In this document: one piece after another, positions 11,394 to 22,190 of the stretch | How positions within the stretch are numbered: the first letter of the stretch is position 1 | Layout: each line of letters begins with the position of its first letter | Assembly (NCBI GenBank): GCA_030390025.1 | Contig: JASTWF010000035.1 | Span: 1,612,001-1,676,000 of the forward strand | DNA length: 64,000 nucleotides | From: Squalus acanthias | Lineage: Eukaryota | Direction of reading: 5' to 3' | Made by a program: the position numbers and the translations under genes | The notes under the pieces: model-generated | Seen by the model: only the letters and a program-made list of their open reading frames with translations | Told to the model about the DNA's origin: nothing | Databases searched by the model: none

Positions 11394-12641
11394 ATGCTTT
11401 GTGAGGTAGTTTTGCCTACTGATCCTAACTTCGCTGCTACTTTGGTTGCTGTCCTTCATAACTTTGCTTGCAAAGAGACTATGGGGGCTGCACTGAATGG
11501 GGGCGTCGTCCTGCTCCAGCTGAATCGGAGGACACAGAGACGCAGAGAGAGAGTGGCAATGAAGGCCAGACGGAGGAGGGCCAACAGGCGTCTGTACAGG
11601 AGAGCTTACCCTCCCAGGGTATATCGTGAACAGCTCTCCTACATTCATATGTCTGAGGAGCTGTGTTTGCGAAGGCTGCGATTCAGCAAGGAGGTGGTCA
11701 CTGAGCTCTGCCACCTGCTGCAGCCAGATCTGCAGCCTCAACTGAGGTCCAGGACGTCTCTGTCGGTGGCAGTGAAGGTCACAGTGGCTCTCAACTTCTA
11801 TGCTACTGGCTCATTTCAAGCTGCTGCTGGGGACCTCGCCAATATCTCCCAGTTCGCGGTGCATTGCTGCATCCGGCAGGTCACAAATGCCCTCTTTAAA
11901 AGGAGACAAGAGTTCATCTCTTTCCCCATGACCCCAGACAAGCAGCGTGACCGCGCTCTGGGCTTTGCGAGGATAGCGGGCTTCCCCATGGTGCAGGGCG
12001 CCATTGACTGCACGCATGTGACTTTGCGTGCTCCACATGAGAATGCCGAGGATTTCCGGAACAGAAAGGGGTTCCATTCCTTGAATGTTCAGTTGGTCTG
12101 TGACCACAGACAGCTGATACTCGCTGTCAATGCCCACTATCCTGGCAGCTGCCACGATGCTTTTATCCTGCGCCAGACTACTGTGGCAGAACTTTTCGAG
12201 GCACCGCATCAGCCAGTTGGTTGGCTTCTCGGGGACAAGGGGTATCCATTGAGCACCTGGCTGATGACACCGCTCCGTACGCCCAACACCCCTGCTGAGC
12301 TGCGGTACAATGAGAGCCATCAAGCTACCAGGAACATCATTGAGCGCACAATCGGCATGCTGAAGCAACGGTTCCGCTGTCTCGACCATTCTGGAGGAGC
12401 CCTGCAGTACTCGCCTGAGCGAGTATCCAACTTCGTAGTTGTGTGCTGCATGTTGCATAACATGGCAATCGTCAGGACCCAGCCAATGCCACCAGGCCTT
12501 GGAGCACCACCAGAGGAGGAGGAGGAAGAGGAGGAAGAGGACGAGGAGGATGATCATCAGCAGCACCAAGGCGGGAGGGCGGCCCAAAATGGTCAAACTG
12601 CAAGGGCCGTCCGTCAACGGCTGATAGCAAGCCGCTTCTAG
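11394..12641 (+). CDS. Harbinger DDE transposase (HARBI1 family), uninterrupted; the true start may be the ATG at 11481
   Basis: GAIDCTHV, RNRKGFHSLNVQ, SCHDAFI, LLGDKGY, IIERTIGMLKQRFRCL, CCMLHN, acidic tail. Confidence 0.92.
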   Translation: MLCEVVLPTDPNFAATLVAVLHNFACKETMGAALNGGVVLLQLNRRTQRRRERVAMKARRRRANRRLYRRAYPPRVYREQLSYIHMSEELCLRRLRFSKEVVTELCHLLQPDLQPQLRSRTSLSVAVKVTVALNFYATGSFQAAAGDLANISQFAVHCCIRQVTNALFKRRQEFISFPMTPDKQRDRALGFARIAGFPMVQGAIDCTHVTLRAPHENAEDFRNRKGFHSLNVQLVCDHRQLILAVNAHYPGSCHDAFILRQTTVAELFEAPHQPVGWLLGDKGYPLSTWLMTPLRTPNTPAELRYNESHQATRNIIERTIGMLKQRFRCLDHSGGALQYSPERVSNFVVVCCMLHNMAIVRTQPMPPGLGAPPEEEEEEEEEDEEDDHQQHQGGRAAQNGQTARAVRQRLIASRF

Positions 12642-12953
12642 GGCCCCTGCTGTGGAAATGACTTCTGCCATTGCTAACAACATCAATGAACCCAGCACGC
12701 AACCCCTAAGCCGGCCAAGGCACCAATGATTCCAAACACCAAACATGTATATTTTGAATACAAAAACTTATTTATTTTACAAACTCTGTGTGTGTCATTT
12801 CCTCATGACAAACTCATAGAAATAAACACAAAAAAACAGTCATTAACATAACTGGTTCTCACAACCTGGAGATAATGTCCAAAACACTAAACAAAAGTTG
12901 GACCACGAACCTCGGCCTTTAATAAAAAAATGACCAGCATTTTGTCACACCTC

Positions 12954-14763
12954 CTACTTTTTGCCCTTTGAGGGTGATCTCCTTCCCTTGCGCACTTCCC
13001 CCCTTCTAACCCTACTGCTCCTCCGTAATGGGACCTCAGTGGCTGCAGCAAGGCTGGTGGAAGGCTGCTGCTCGTCAGACCCTGACATTGCAGATGCCCC
13101 TGAAGGACGGCCTCGACCAGTTCTGGGCCTGGAGGGCCCGGCTGCAGACTGCACCAACTCTGCATGGGCGGCAGCAGTCTGTCCTACAGGCGGTGGCAAG
13201 TGCAGTGGAGAAGTGACAGTGTTGGCAGCAGGAATGCTGTCATCGTGAGAGAGGACAGCAACTCCCTGCTCGACCGACACACTGGCACTCCCACGGGGCA
13301 GCACTTCAGCATCCGGAGCAATCTGCTGGAGCACAGATTGCTGGCCTGCTGCGGCGCGGTGAGAGCCCCGGGGACATGTGAACGAACCATCGAGGTTGGC
13401 AGCAGTCAGTGCTCACGTGGCCTCAATCTGAGTCTGCATGAGAGCAGTCAGAGATGGGATCACGGCAGTCAGTGACTGAATTGCAGCACTAAGCGTTAGT
13501 GTGGCATCCGCCTGTGCTACAGCGAAGTGCTCCACACTCCTTGCCAGTGACTCAATGCATTCGGGCACCCTTCCCACTGCACCCATGAGCTCAGTGTGCA
13601 TGCCCACCGCCTGGGTGTTCATTTCTGCGGTCAGCCGCTCCTCCTCTGCGTCCATTGCAGTATGAGTCTCTGGCCTACTCTCCCTCTGGGGAGAAGGCCC
13701 CCGTTCTTCCCTACCCCCATGGCGTTGCTGCAGCCCGCTGGGTCCTGGAGCTTCACCTTCATCAGACCCTTCCCCCCTGCTCCCCTCCAGGGAAGGCGTG
13801 TTCCCAGTGTGGGCATGGGCTTCCTCGGGAGAGGGTGGCACTGATGCTCCGGCTTCCTCTTCCTTCTCGGCTGCAGCCTCACTCCCACTGGCAGCTTCAG
13901 GGCCCGTCTCCTCAGCTGGTGAATCACCATCTGAAAGCAGGGAGGTACAAGAGTGGCTTTAGCGTGAGGACAGGGTGGCAGTAAGGGAGGAATAAGTGCA
14001 GCGAGTTAGCAAGTTGGATTGAAAGTGTCGAAGGCTGGTGTTGTGAGGGACAAGTGGAAGGACAGAGGACAAAAAGGTGATGACCTTACCATTGCTGTCC
14101 AGAACGGGGTCGGCGTCTCCAGTGGCGACGGGACCGATCACCCGGCTTGCCACAATCCTGTGGACGCGCTCCTCAAGATCGCTGAGGGGTTGTAGCTGAG
14201 GCCGCCCTCCACCTGTCCGTTGCTGCTGTCTCCTATTATGCGCCAGCTTGGCCTGCAAGAAAAAGGACAGCATCTGAGTAAATATACAGCCATGGTCTTG
14301 CCGGATGTGCCTCCCATAGGTGAATAGCCCTTACTGTATGCAGCCATGGTCTTGCCTGATGTGCCTCCCATAGGTGAATAGCCCTTACTGTATGCAAAGT
14401 GTGGAATGTGTGTGTGTGTTTCATGAAAGGGCCATAGTTGTTGGATGATTGTTGTGCATTGGAGTTTTAAGACCCTCTGGCCATAGAGTGAGGTTGAGAT
14501 GGAGGTATTGAGAAAAAGCCACTCACCCTGACGACCCGAGTGAGGTCGTTGAACTTTTTGCGGCATTGAACATGGGTCCTGGGCACCATGCTCCTGGAGG
14601 AGACGCTCTGAGCCACCTCCCTCCACACTCTTCTGTACTCGCGTGGCAAAGGCCTCCTGCCACTCTCAAGGAAGAGTATACATCTTCTGCGCTCCACCGC
14701 GCCAACCAGACCATCCAAGGCCCGCTCGGTGAAGCGCTGAGCTCGTTCTCTCACCCTCTCCAT
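12954..14763 (-). CDS. Harbinger Myb/SANT-like DNA-binding protein, 3 exons (14763-14527, 14252-14090, 13930-12954), with one in-frame TGA at 13415-13413
   Basis: RFTERALDGLV..W.EVA..V...RT..QCRKKFNDL and K.AHNRR...RTGGG motifs; GT-AG junctions with compatible phases (237+163+977 = 1377 nt). Confidence 0.85.
14287..14394. repeat. 54-bp tandem duplication in Myb intron 1
   Basis: cagccatggtcttgcc..cccttactgtatg x2 with one mismatch. Confidence 0.9.
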
Positions 14764-15177
14764 CCTTGGCAGCAAAATGGATTCACAGGTCTCTCCAGGC
14801 CGAGATTCAAGGCTGCAATGAGCAGGGTGTGGCTGGGGAGCAAGTTGGCCCCCCCCCCGCTTTAAGAAGTGGCCGGCGCCAGTGTGTCTGTGTTCCCTCG
14901 CTAACTGGCAGCAGCTGTGCTGCGCTCGCGCGCTGAGTTAGCGCCTCACTGCTCGGCCTTTGCGCCTTAAGACAGGTGTGCAGCGCCTGATTTAACGCTC
15001 CACTCACCTCCCGGGGCGGTAAAAGTGAAGTTTCCAGTCAGTGGCGATAATCCAGACGATACTTGCGCCCCAAACGGGGCGCGACCTAATTTTTCCCCCT
15101 AAGTTCTTCTCATCTTTTCTCACAAATCAATCCCTGGGTCGAGGGCTCAGCCCCACAGCCCAGCTTGGTGCCAATAT

Positions 15178-15731
15178 TTGTTTTATTCCTTCCTGGGATG
15201 TGGGTGTCACTGGCAAGGCCAGAATTTATTGTCCTTCCATAATTGCCCTTGAGAAGGTGGTGGTGAGCCGCCTTCTTGAACCGCTGCAGTCGATTTTGAC
15301 CCGGCGGCGATGAAGGAATGGTGATATATTTCCAAGTCAGGATGGTGTGTGACCTGGAGGGGAACTTGGAGGTGATGGTGTCCCCTGCGCCTGCTGCCCT
15401 TGTCTTCTTGGTGGTAAAGGTCGCGGGTTTGGGAGGTGCTGTAGAAAAAGCTTTGTTGCTGCGGTGCATCTTGTAGATGGGACACACTGCAGCCACGGTA
15501 CGCCGGTTGTGGAGGGAGTGAATGTTTAAGGTGGTGGATGGGGTGCCAATCAAACGGGCTGCTTTGTTCTGGATGGTGTCAAGCTTCTTGAATATTGAGG
15601 AGCTGCACGTGTAAGTATTCCATCACACTCCTGATTTGTGCTTTGTAGATGGTGGAAAGGCTTTGAAGAGTCAGGAGGTGAGACACTCGCTGTAGAATAC
15701 CCAGCCTTTGACCTGCTCTTGTAGCCACAGT
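15178..15731 (-). mobile_element. 3' part of a CR1/L2-group LINE of the same family as 60261-63487
   Basis: Reverse complement matches ~62876-63480, including the tail aataaa.tctggccttgccag..cccacatccc. Confidence 0.88.
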
Positions 15732-18394
15732 ATAGAATCATAGAATCATAGAATTGTTATAGCACAGAAGGAGGCCATTCGGACTGTTGAGCCCGTGTCG
15801 GCTCTCTGCAAGACACTTCAGCTAGTCCCACTCCCCCACTCTTTCCCCGTAACCCTGCAAATTTTTTTCCTTCAGGTACTTATCCAATTCCCTTTTGAAA
15901 GCCACGATTGAGTCTGCCTCCACCACCCTTTCAGGCAGTGCATTCCAGATCCCAGTCACTTGCTGCGTAAAAAAGTTTCTCCTCACGTCGCCTTTGGATC
16001 TTTTGCCAATCACCTTAAATCTGTGTCCTCTGGTTCTCGACCCTTCCACCAATGGTAACGGTTTCTCTCTATATACTCTGTCTGGACCCCTCATGATTTT
16101 GAATATCTATCAAATCTCCTCTCAATCTTCTCTGCTCTAAGGAGAACAACCCCAGCTTCTCCAGTCTATCCACGTAACTGAAGTTCCTCATCCCTGGAAC
16201 TATTCTCGTAAATCTTTTCTGCACCCTCTCTAAGGCCTTCACATCCTTCCTAAAGTGCGGTGCCCAGAATTGGACGCAGTACTGCAGTTGAGGCTGAACC
16301 AGTGTTTTACACAGGTTCAACATAACTTCCTTGCTTTTCTACTCTATGCCTCTATTTAAGAAGCCCAGGATCCTGTATGCTTTTTTAACTGCTTTCTCAA
16401 CCTGCCCTGCCACCTTCAACGATTTGTGTACATATGCCCCCAGGTCTCTCTGTTCATGCACCCACTTTAGGATTGTACCCTTTAGTTTATATTGCCTCTT
16501 CTCGTTTTTCCTACCAAAATGTATCACTTTGCACTTTTCTGCATTAAATTTCATCTGCCACGTGTCCACCCATTTCACCAGCCTGTCTATGTCTTCCTGA
16601 AGTCTATCACTATCCTCCTCACTGTTCACTATACTTCCAACTTTTGTGTCATCTGCAAATTTTGAAATTGTGCCCGGTACTCCCAAGTCCAAGTCATTAG
16701 TATATATCAAGAAAAGCAGTGGTCCTAGTACCGACCCCTGGGGAACACCACAGTATACCTTCCTCTAGTCCAATAAACAACCGTTCACCACTGCTCTCTG
16801 TTTCCTATCACTTAGCCAATTTCGTATCCATGGTGCCACTGTCCCTTTTATTCCATGGGCTTCAACTTTGCTGGCAAGTCTATTATGTGGTACTTTATCA
16901 AATGCCTTTTGGAAATCCATGTACACCATGTCAACCACATTGCCCTCATCAACCCTCTCTGTTACCTCATCAAAAAACTCGATCAAGTTAGTTAAACACC
17001 ATTTGCCTTTAACAAATCTGTGCTGGCTTTCCTTAATTAATCCACACTTGTGCAAGTGACTGTTAACTTTGTCCCTGATTATCATTTCTATAAGCTTCCC
17101 CACTACCGAGGTTCAACTGGCTGGCCTGGAGTTGCTGGGTTTATCTTTACACCCTTTTTTCAACAAGGGTGTAACATTTGCAATTCTCCAGTCCTCTGGC
17201 ACCACCCCCGTATCTAAGGAGGATTGGAATATTATGACCAGTACCTCCGCGATTTCCTCCCTCAATTCCCTCAGCATCCTAGGATGCATCCCATCCGGTC
17301 CTGGTGACTTACTAGCTTTAAGTACTGTCAGCCTTTCTAGTACCTCCTCTTTATCAATTTTTATCTCATCCAGTATCTTCACTACCTCCTCTTTCACTAT
17401 GACTTTGGTAGCATCTTCTTCCTTGGTGAAGATAGATGCAAAGTACTCATTTAGTACCTCAGCCATGCCCTCTGCCTCCATGTGTAGGTCTTCTTTTTGG
17501 TCCCTAATCGGCCCCACCCCTCCTCTTACTACCCGTTTACTATTTATATGTCTCTGGAAGACTTTTGAATTCCCTTTTATGTTAGCTGCAAATCTATTCT
17601 CATACTCTCTCTTTGCCCCTCTTATTTTCTTTTTCACTTCCCCTCTGAACTTTCTGTATTCAGCCTGGTTCTCACTTGTATTCTCAACCTGACATCTGTC
17701 ATACGCGCTCTTTTTCTGCTTCATCTTACTCTCTATCTCTTTCATCATCCAGGGCGCTTTGACTTTAGTTGTCCTACCTTTCCCCCTAGTGGGAATGTAC
17801 CTCGACTGTACCCGAACCATCTTCTCTTTAAATGCAGTCCATTGTTCGATTACAGTTTTGCCTGCCAATCTTTGATTCCAATTTACCCGGGCCAGATCCG
17901 TTCTCAACCCACTGAAATTTGCCTTCCTCCAATTAAGTATGTTTACTCTCGATTGCTCCTTGTCCTTTTCCATAGCTAATCTAAACCTTATGACACTGTG
18001 ATCATTGTTCCCTAAATGTTTCCCGACACTTGCTCCACTTGACCCACCTCATTCCCCAGAACCAGATCCAGCAATGTCTCCTTCCTCATTGGGCAGGAAA
18101 CATACCGATCAAAAAAGTTCTCCTGGACGCACTTCAGAAATTCTTCCCCCTCTCTACCCTTTACACTATTACTATCCCAGTCTATATTAGGATAATTGAA
18201 TTACCCCATTATCACTTCTCTATAGTTCTTGCACCTCTCTGTAATTTCCTGCAAATTTGCTCCTCTGTATCTTTCCCACTAGTTGGTGACCTATAGAATA
18301 CACCTAGTAGTGTAATGACACCTCTATTATTTCTTAACTCGAACCAAATAGATTCTGTCCTTGACCCCTCCAGGACATCCTCTCTCTCCAGCAC
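15732..18394 (-). mobile_element. CR1 LINE ORF2 (partial EN + RT) with 3' tail
   Basis: RT and EN fragments in the ORF track; (ATTCTATG)n tail at 15732. Confidence 0.9.
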
Positions 18395-19215
18395 TTGGAC
18401 AAGTCACTTGGACAAGTCACTTGGACAAGTGTGGATTAATTGAGCAAAGCCAGCACGGATTTGTTAAAGGCGAATCGTATTTAACTAACTTGACCAAGTT
18501 TTTTGATGAGGTAACAGAGCGGGTTGATGAGGGCAATATAGTTGACGTGGTGTACATGGACTTCCAAAAGGCATTTGATAAAGTGCCACATAATAGGCTT
18601 GCCAGCAAATTTGAAGCCCATGGAATAAAAGGGACAGTGGCAGCATGGATACGGAATTGGCAAAGTGACAGGAAACAGAGAGCAGTGGTAAACAGTTGTT
18701 TTTCGGATTGGAGGAAGGTATATAGAGATGTTCCCATGGGGTCGGTACTAGGACCACTGCTTTTCTTGATATATATTAATGACTTGAACTTGGGTGTACG
18801 GGGCACTATTTAAAAATTTGCAGATGACACAAAACTTGGAAGTATAGTGAACAGTGAGGAGGATAGTGACAGACTTCAAGAAGACATAGACAGGTTGGTG
18901 AAATGGGCGGACACGTGGCAGATGAAATTTAATGCAGAAAAGTGCAAAGTGACACATTTTGGTAGGAAGAACTAGGAGAGGCAATATAAACTAAAGGGTA
19001 CAATCCTCAAGTGGGTGCATGAACAGAGAGACTTGGGGGTATATGTGCACAAATCGTTGAAGGTGGCAGGGCAGGTTGAGAAAGCGGTTAAAAAAGCATA
19101 CGGGATCCTGGGCTTCATAAATAGACATGATGTGGAGATGCCGGTGTTGGACTGGGGTGGACAAATGTGAGAAGTCGCACAACACCAGGTTATAGTCCAA
19201 CAGCTTTATTTGAAG

Positions 19216-19252
19216 TCACAAGCTTTCGGAGCGCTGCTCCTTCGTCAGGTGA
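19216..19252 (-). ncRNA. Minimal hammerhead ribozyme (PLE 2 3' pseudo-LTR)
   Basis: Reverse complement reads TCAC-CTGACGA-A-GGAGC agc GCTCC-GAAA-GCTT-GTGA. Confidence 0.82.
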
Positions 19253-20979
19253 AGTGAAGAGATGCATATAGGCACAGCATAAATAGTCAGAGAACACTGC
19301 CAGATGATTACAGTTAATCTTTCTAACTGCCCTTTATCACACCTCGGCAGAGAGATAATCACGGCAATCAAAGGTGTGGATGGTGTCCAAACAGGTCAGT
19401 CAGGAAAACATTACATCAAAGACAATGAGGTGGGGTCACAAGGGGTCAAATGTGGCAGATGCTGGGGTCTGGATGGAAAACAAAAAACTTTTTTTGCTGG
19501 AAATCACAGCAGGTCCGGCCGCATCTGTGTCGAGAGAACAAGCCAACGACGACTCGAGTCTGGATGACTCTACGTCAGGTGGGGTTACATGTAGCATGAC
19601 ATGAACCCAAGATCCCGGTTGAGGCCGTCCTCATGGGTGCGGAACGTGGCTATCAGTTTCTGCTCGACAATTTTGCATTGTCGTGTGTCTCGAAGGCCGC
19701 CTTGGAGAATGCTTACCCGAAGATCGGAGGCTGAATGTCCTTGACTGCTGAAGTGTTCCCCGACTGGGAGGGAACACTCCTGCCTGGAGATTGTTGTGCG
19801 GTGCCCGTTCATACGTTGTCGCAGTGTCTGCATGGTCTCACTGATGTACCATGCTCCGGGGCATCCTTTCCTGCAACGTATGAGGTAGACAACGTTGGCC
19901 GAGTCACATGAGTATGTACCATGTACCTGGTGGGTAGTGTCCTCACGTGTGATGATGGTATCTGTGTTGATGATCTGGCATGTCTTGCAGAGGTTGCCGT
20001 GGCAGGGTTGTGTGGTATCGTGGTCGCTGTTCTCCTGAAAGCTGGGTAATTTGCTGCGAACGATGGTCTGTTTGAGGTTAGGCGGCTGTTTGAAGGCGAG
20101 TAGTGGAGGCGTGGGGATGGCCTTAGCAAGGTGTTCATCGTCATCGATGACATGTTGAAGGCTGCAAAGAACATGGCGTAGTTTCTCCGCTCCGGGGAAG
20201 TACTGGACGACATAGGGTATTCTGTTGGTTGTGTCCCGTGTTTGTCTTCTGAGGAGGTCTATGCGATTTTTCGCTGTGGCCCATCGGAACTGTCGATCGA
20301 CGAGTCGAGCGTCATATCCCATTCTTACGAGGGCGTCTTTCAGCGTCTGTAGGTGTCCATCGCGTTCCTCCTCGTCTGAGCAGATCCTGTGTATTCGCAG
20401 GGCTTGTCCATAAGGGATGGCTTCTTTAACGTGGTTAGGGTGGAAGCTGGAGAAGTGGAGCATCGTGAGGTTGTCCGTGGGCTTGCGGTAGAGTGAAGTG
20501 CTGAGGTGTCCGTCTTTGATGGAGATTCGTGTGTCCAAGAATGAAACCGATTCTGAGGAGTAGTCCATGGTGAGTTTGATGGTGGGATGGAACTTGTTGA
20601 TGTTATCGTGTAGTCTTTTCAGTGATTCTTCGCCGTGGGTCCATAGGAACAAAATGTCGTCGATGTATCTGGTGTACAGCGTTGGCTGGAGGTCCTGTGC
20701 AGCGAAGAAGTCTTGCTCGAACTTGTGCATGAAGATGTTGGCGTACTGGGGTGCGAATTTGGTCCCCATGGCTGTTCCGTGTGTTTGGGTAAAAAACTGG
20801 TTGTTGAAGGTGAAGGCATTGTGCTCAAGGATGAAACGGATGAGTTGTAGGATGGCGTCTGGAGATTGGCTGTTGTTGGTGTTGAGTACTGAGGCTGTCG
20901 CAGCGATGCCGTCATCGTGGGGGATACTGGTGTAGAGTGCCGAGGAGTGTTCCTGGTTCAACTGGTTCATCTCTTCACT

Positions 20980-21016
20980 TCACCTGACGAAGGAGCAGCG
21001 CTCCGAAAGCTTGTGA
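20980..21016 (+). ncRNA. Minimal hammerhead ribozyme (inverted arm of PLE 2)
   Basis: tcacctgacgaaggagcagcgctccgaaagcttgtga. Confidence 0.82.
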
Positions 21017-21691
21017 TTTCAAATAAAGCTGTTGGACTATAACCTGGTGTTGTGCGACTTCTCACATTCATAAATAGAGGCATACAGTAGAAAAGCAAGG
21101 AAGTTATGATGAATCTGTATAAAACACTGGTTTTCCCTCAACTGGAGTATTGTGTCCAATTCTGGGCACCACACTTTAGGAAGAATGTGAAGGCCTTAGA
21201 GAGGGTGCAGAAAAGATTTACCAGACTGATTCCAAGGATGAGGGACTTCAGTTACGTGGATAGACTGGAGAAGCTGAGTTTGTTCTCCTTAGAGTAGAAA
21301 ACGTTGAGAGGAGATTTGATAGAGGTGTTCAAAATCATGAGGGGTCTAGACAGAGTAGAGAGAGAGAAACTGTTCCCATTGGCGGAAGGGTTGAGAACCA
21401 GAGGACACAGATTTAAGGTGATTGGCAAAAGAACCAAAAGCGACATGAGGAAAACTTTTTTACTCAGCGAGTGGTTAGGATCTGGAATGCACTGCCTGAA
21501 AGGGTGGTGGAGGCAGATTCAATCATGGCTTTCAAAAGGGAATTGGATAAGTACCTGAAGGAATTTTTTTGCAGTGCTACGGGGAAAGGGCGGGGGATTA
21601 GGACTAGCTGACGTGCTCTTGCAGAGAGCTGGCACGGGCTCGATGGGCCGAATGGCCTCCTTCTGTGCTGTAACCATTCTAAGATTCTATG

Positions 21692-22190
21692 ATGATGGCC
21701 CACAGCGCCTCATGAATGCCCAGTTTTGAGCTGCTAGATCTGTTCTGAGTCTATCCCATTTACCACGGTGATGGTGCCACACATCACGATGGAGGATGTC
21801 CTCAGTGTGAAGACGGGCCCTTGTCTCCACAAGGAGTTTACGGTGGTCACTCCTACCAATACTGTCATGGACAGATGCATCTGCGACAGGTAGATTGGTG
21901 AAGACGAGGTCAAGTAGCTTTTTCCCTCATGTTGGTTCTCTCACCATCTGCCGCAGGCGTCTGGCAGTAATGTTCTTCAGGACTTGGCCAGCTCGGTCAG
22001 TAGTGCTGCTACCGAGCCACTCTTGGTGATGGACATTGAAGTCCCCCACCCAGAGTACATTCTGTGCCCTTGTTACCCCCAGTGCTTCTTCCAAGTGGTG
22101 TTCAACCTGGAGGAGTACTGATTCATCAGCTGAGTGAGAGCATTAGGTGGTAATCAGCAGGAGGTTTCCTTCCTCTTGTTTGACCTGATG
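21692..22190 (-). mobile_element. Endonuclease-region fragment of the 60261-63487 LINE family
   Basis: Reverse complement matches ~60915-61402. Confidence 0.85.

Larger units (their letters stand above)
10970..15099 (+). mobile_element. PIF/Harbinger DNA transposon, full length (4130 bp)
   Basis: TAA TSD at 10967-10969 and 15100-15102; 12-bp TIRs GGGGTAAAAATT / AATTTTTCCCCC (1 mismatch); convergent transposase and Myb genes. Confidence 0.93.
19126..21066 (-). mobile_element. Penelope-like element 2 (Neptune type), 5'-truncated, with a ~100-bp inverted pseudo-LTR arm; RT motif A deleted
   Basis: TSD ttcataaataga at 19114-19125 and 21067-21078. ORF 19585-20970 is homologous to PLE 1 but lacks 17 bp encoding the MDV aspartate. 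Arm 20968-21068 is the reverse complement of 19164-19264. Confidence 0.92.
18392..21692 (+). mobile_element. CR1 LINE (RT to tail), inverted relative to 15732-18394 and interrupted by PLE 2
   Basis: RT motifs at 18419-19125 resume at 21067; tail ..ccattctaagattctatg. Confidence 0.9.

Noticed and set aside
11394..12641. Domesticated host HARBI1 gene
   Set aside because: It lies within TIRs and a TAA TSD together with a Myb partner, so it is a transposon copy; no gene symbol assigned.
11811..12746. 311-aa antisense ORF over the transposase
   Set aside because: No recognisable motifs; typical shadow ORF of GC-rich coding sequence.
19585..20970. PLE 2 ORF as a functional protein
   Set aside because: 5'-truncated, the ATG is created at the inversion junction, and a 17-bp deletion removes the motif A aspartate.
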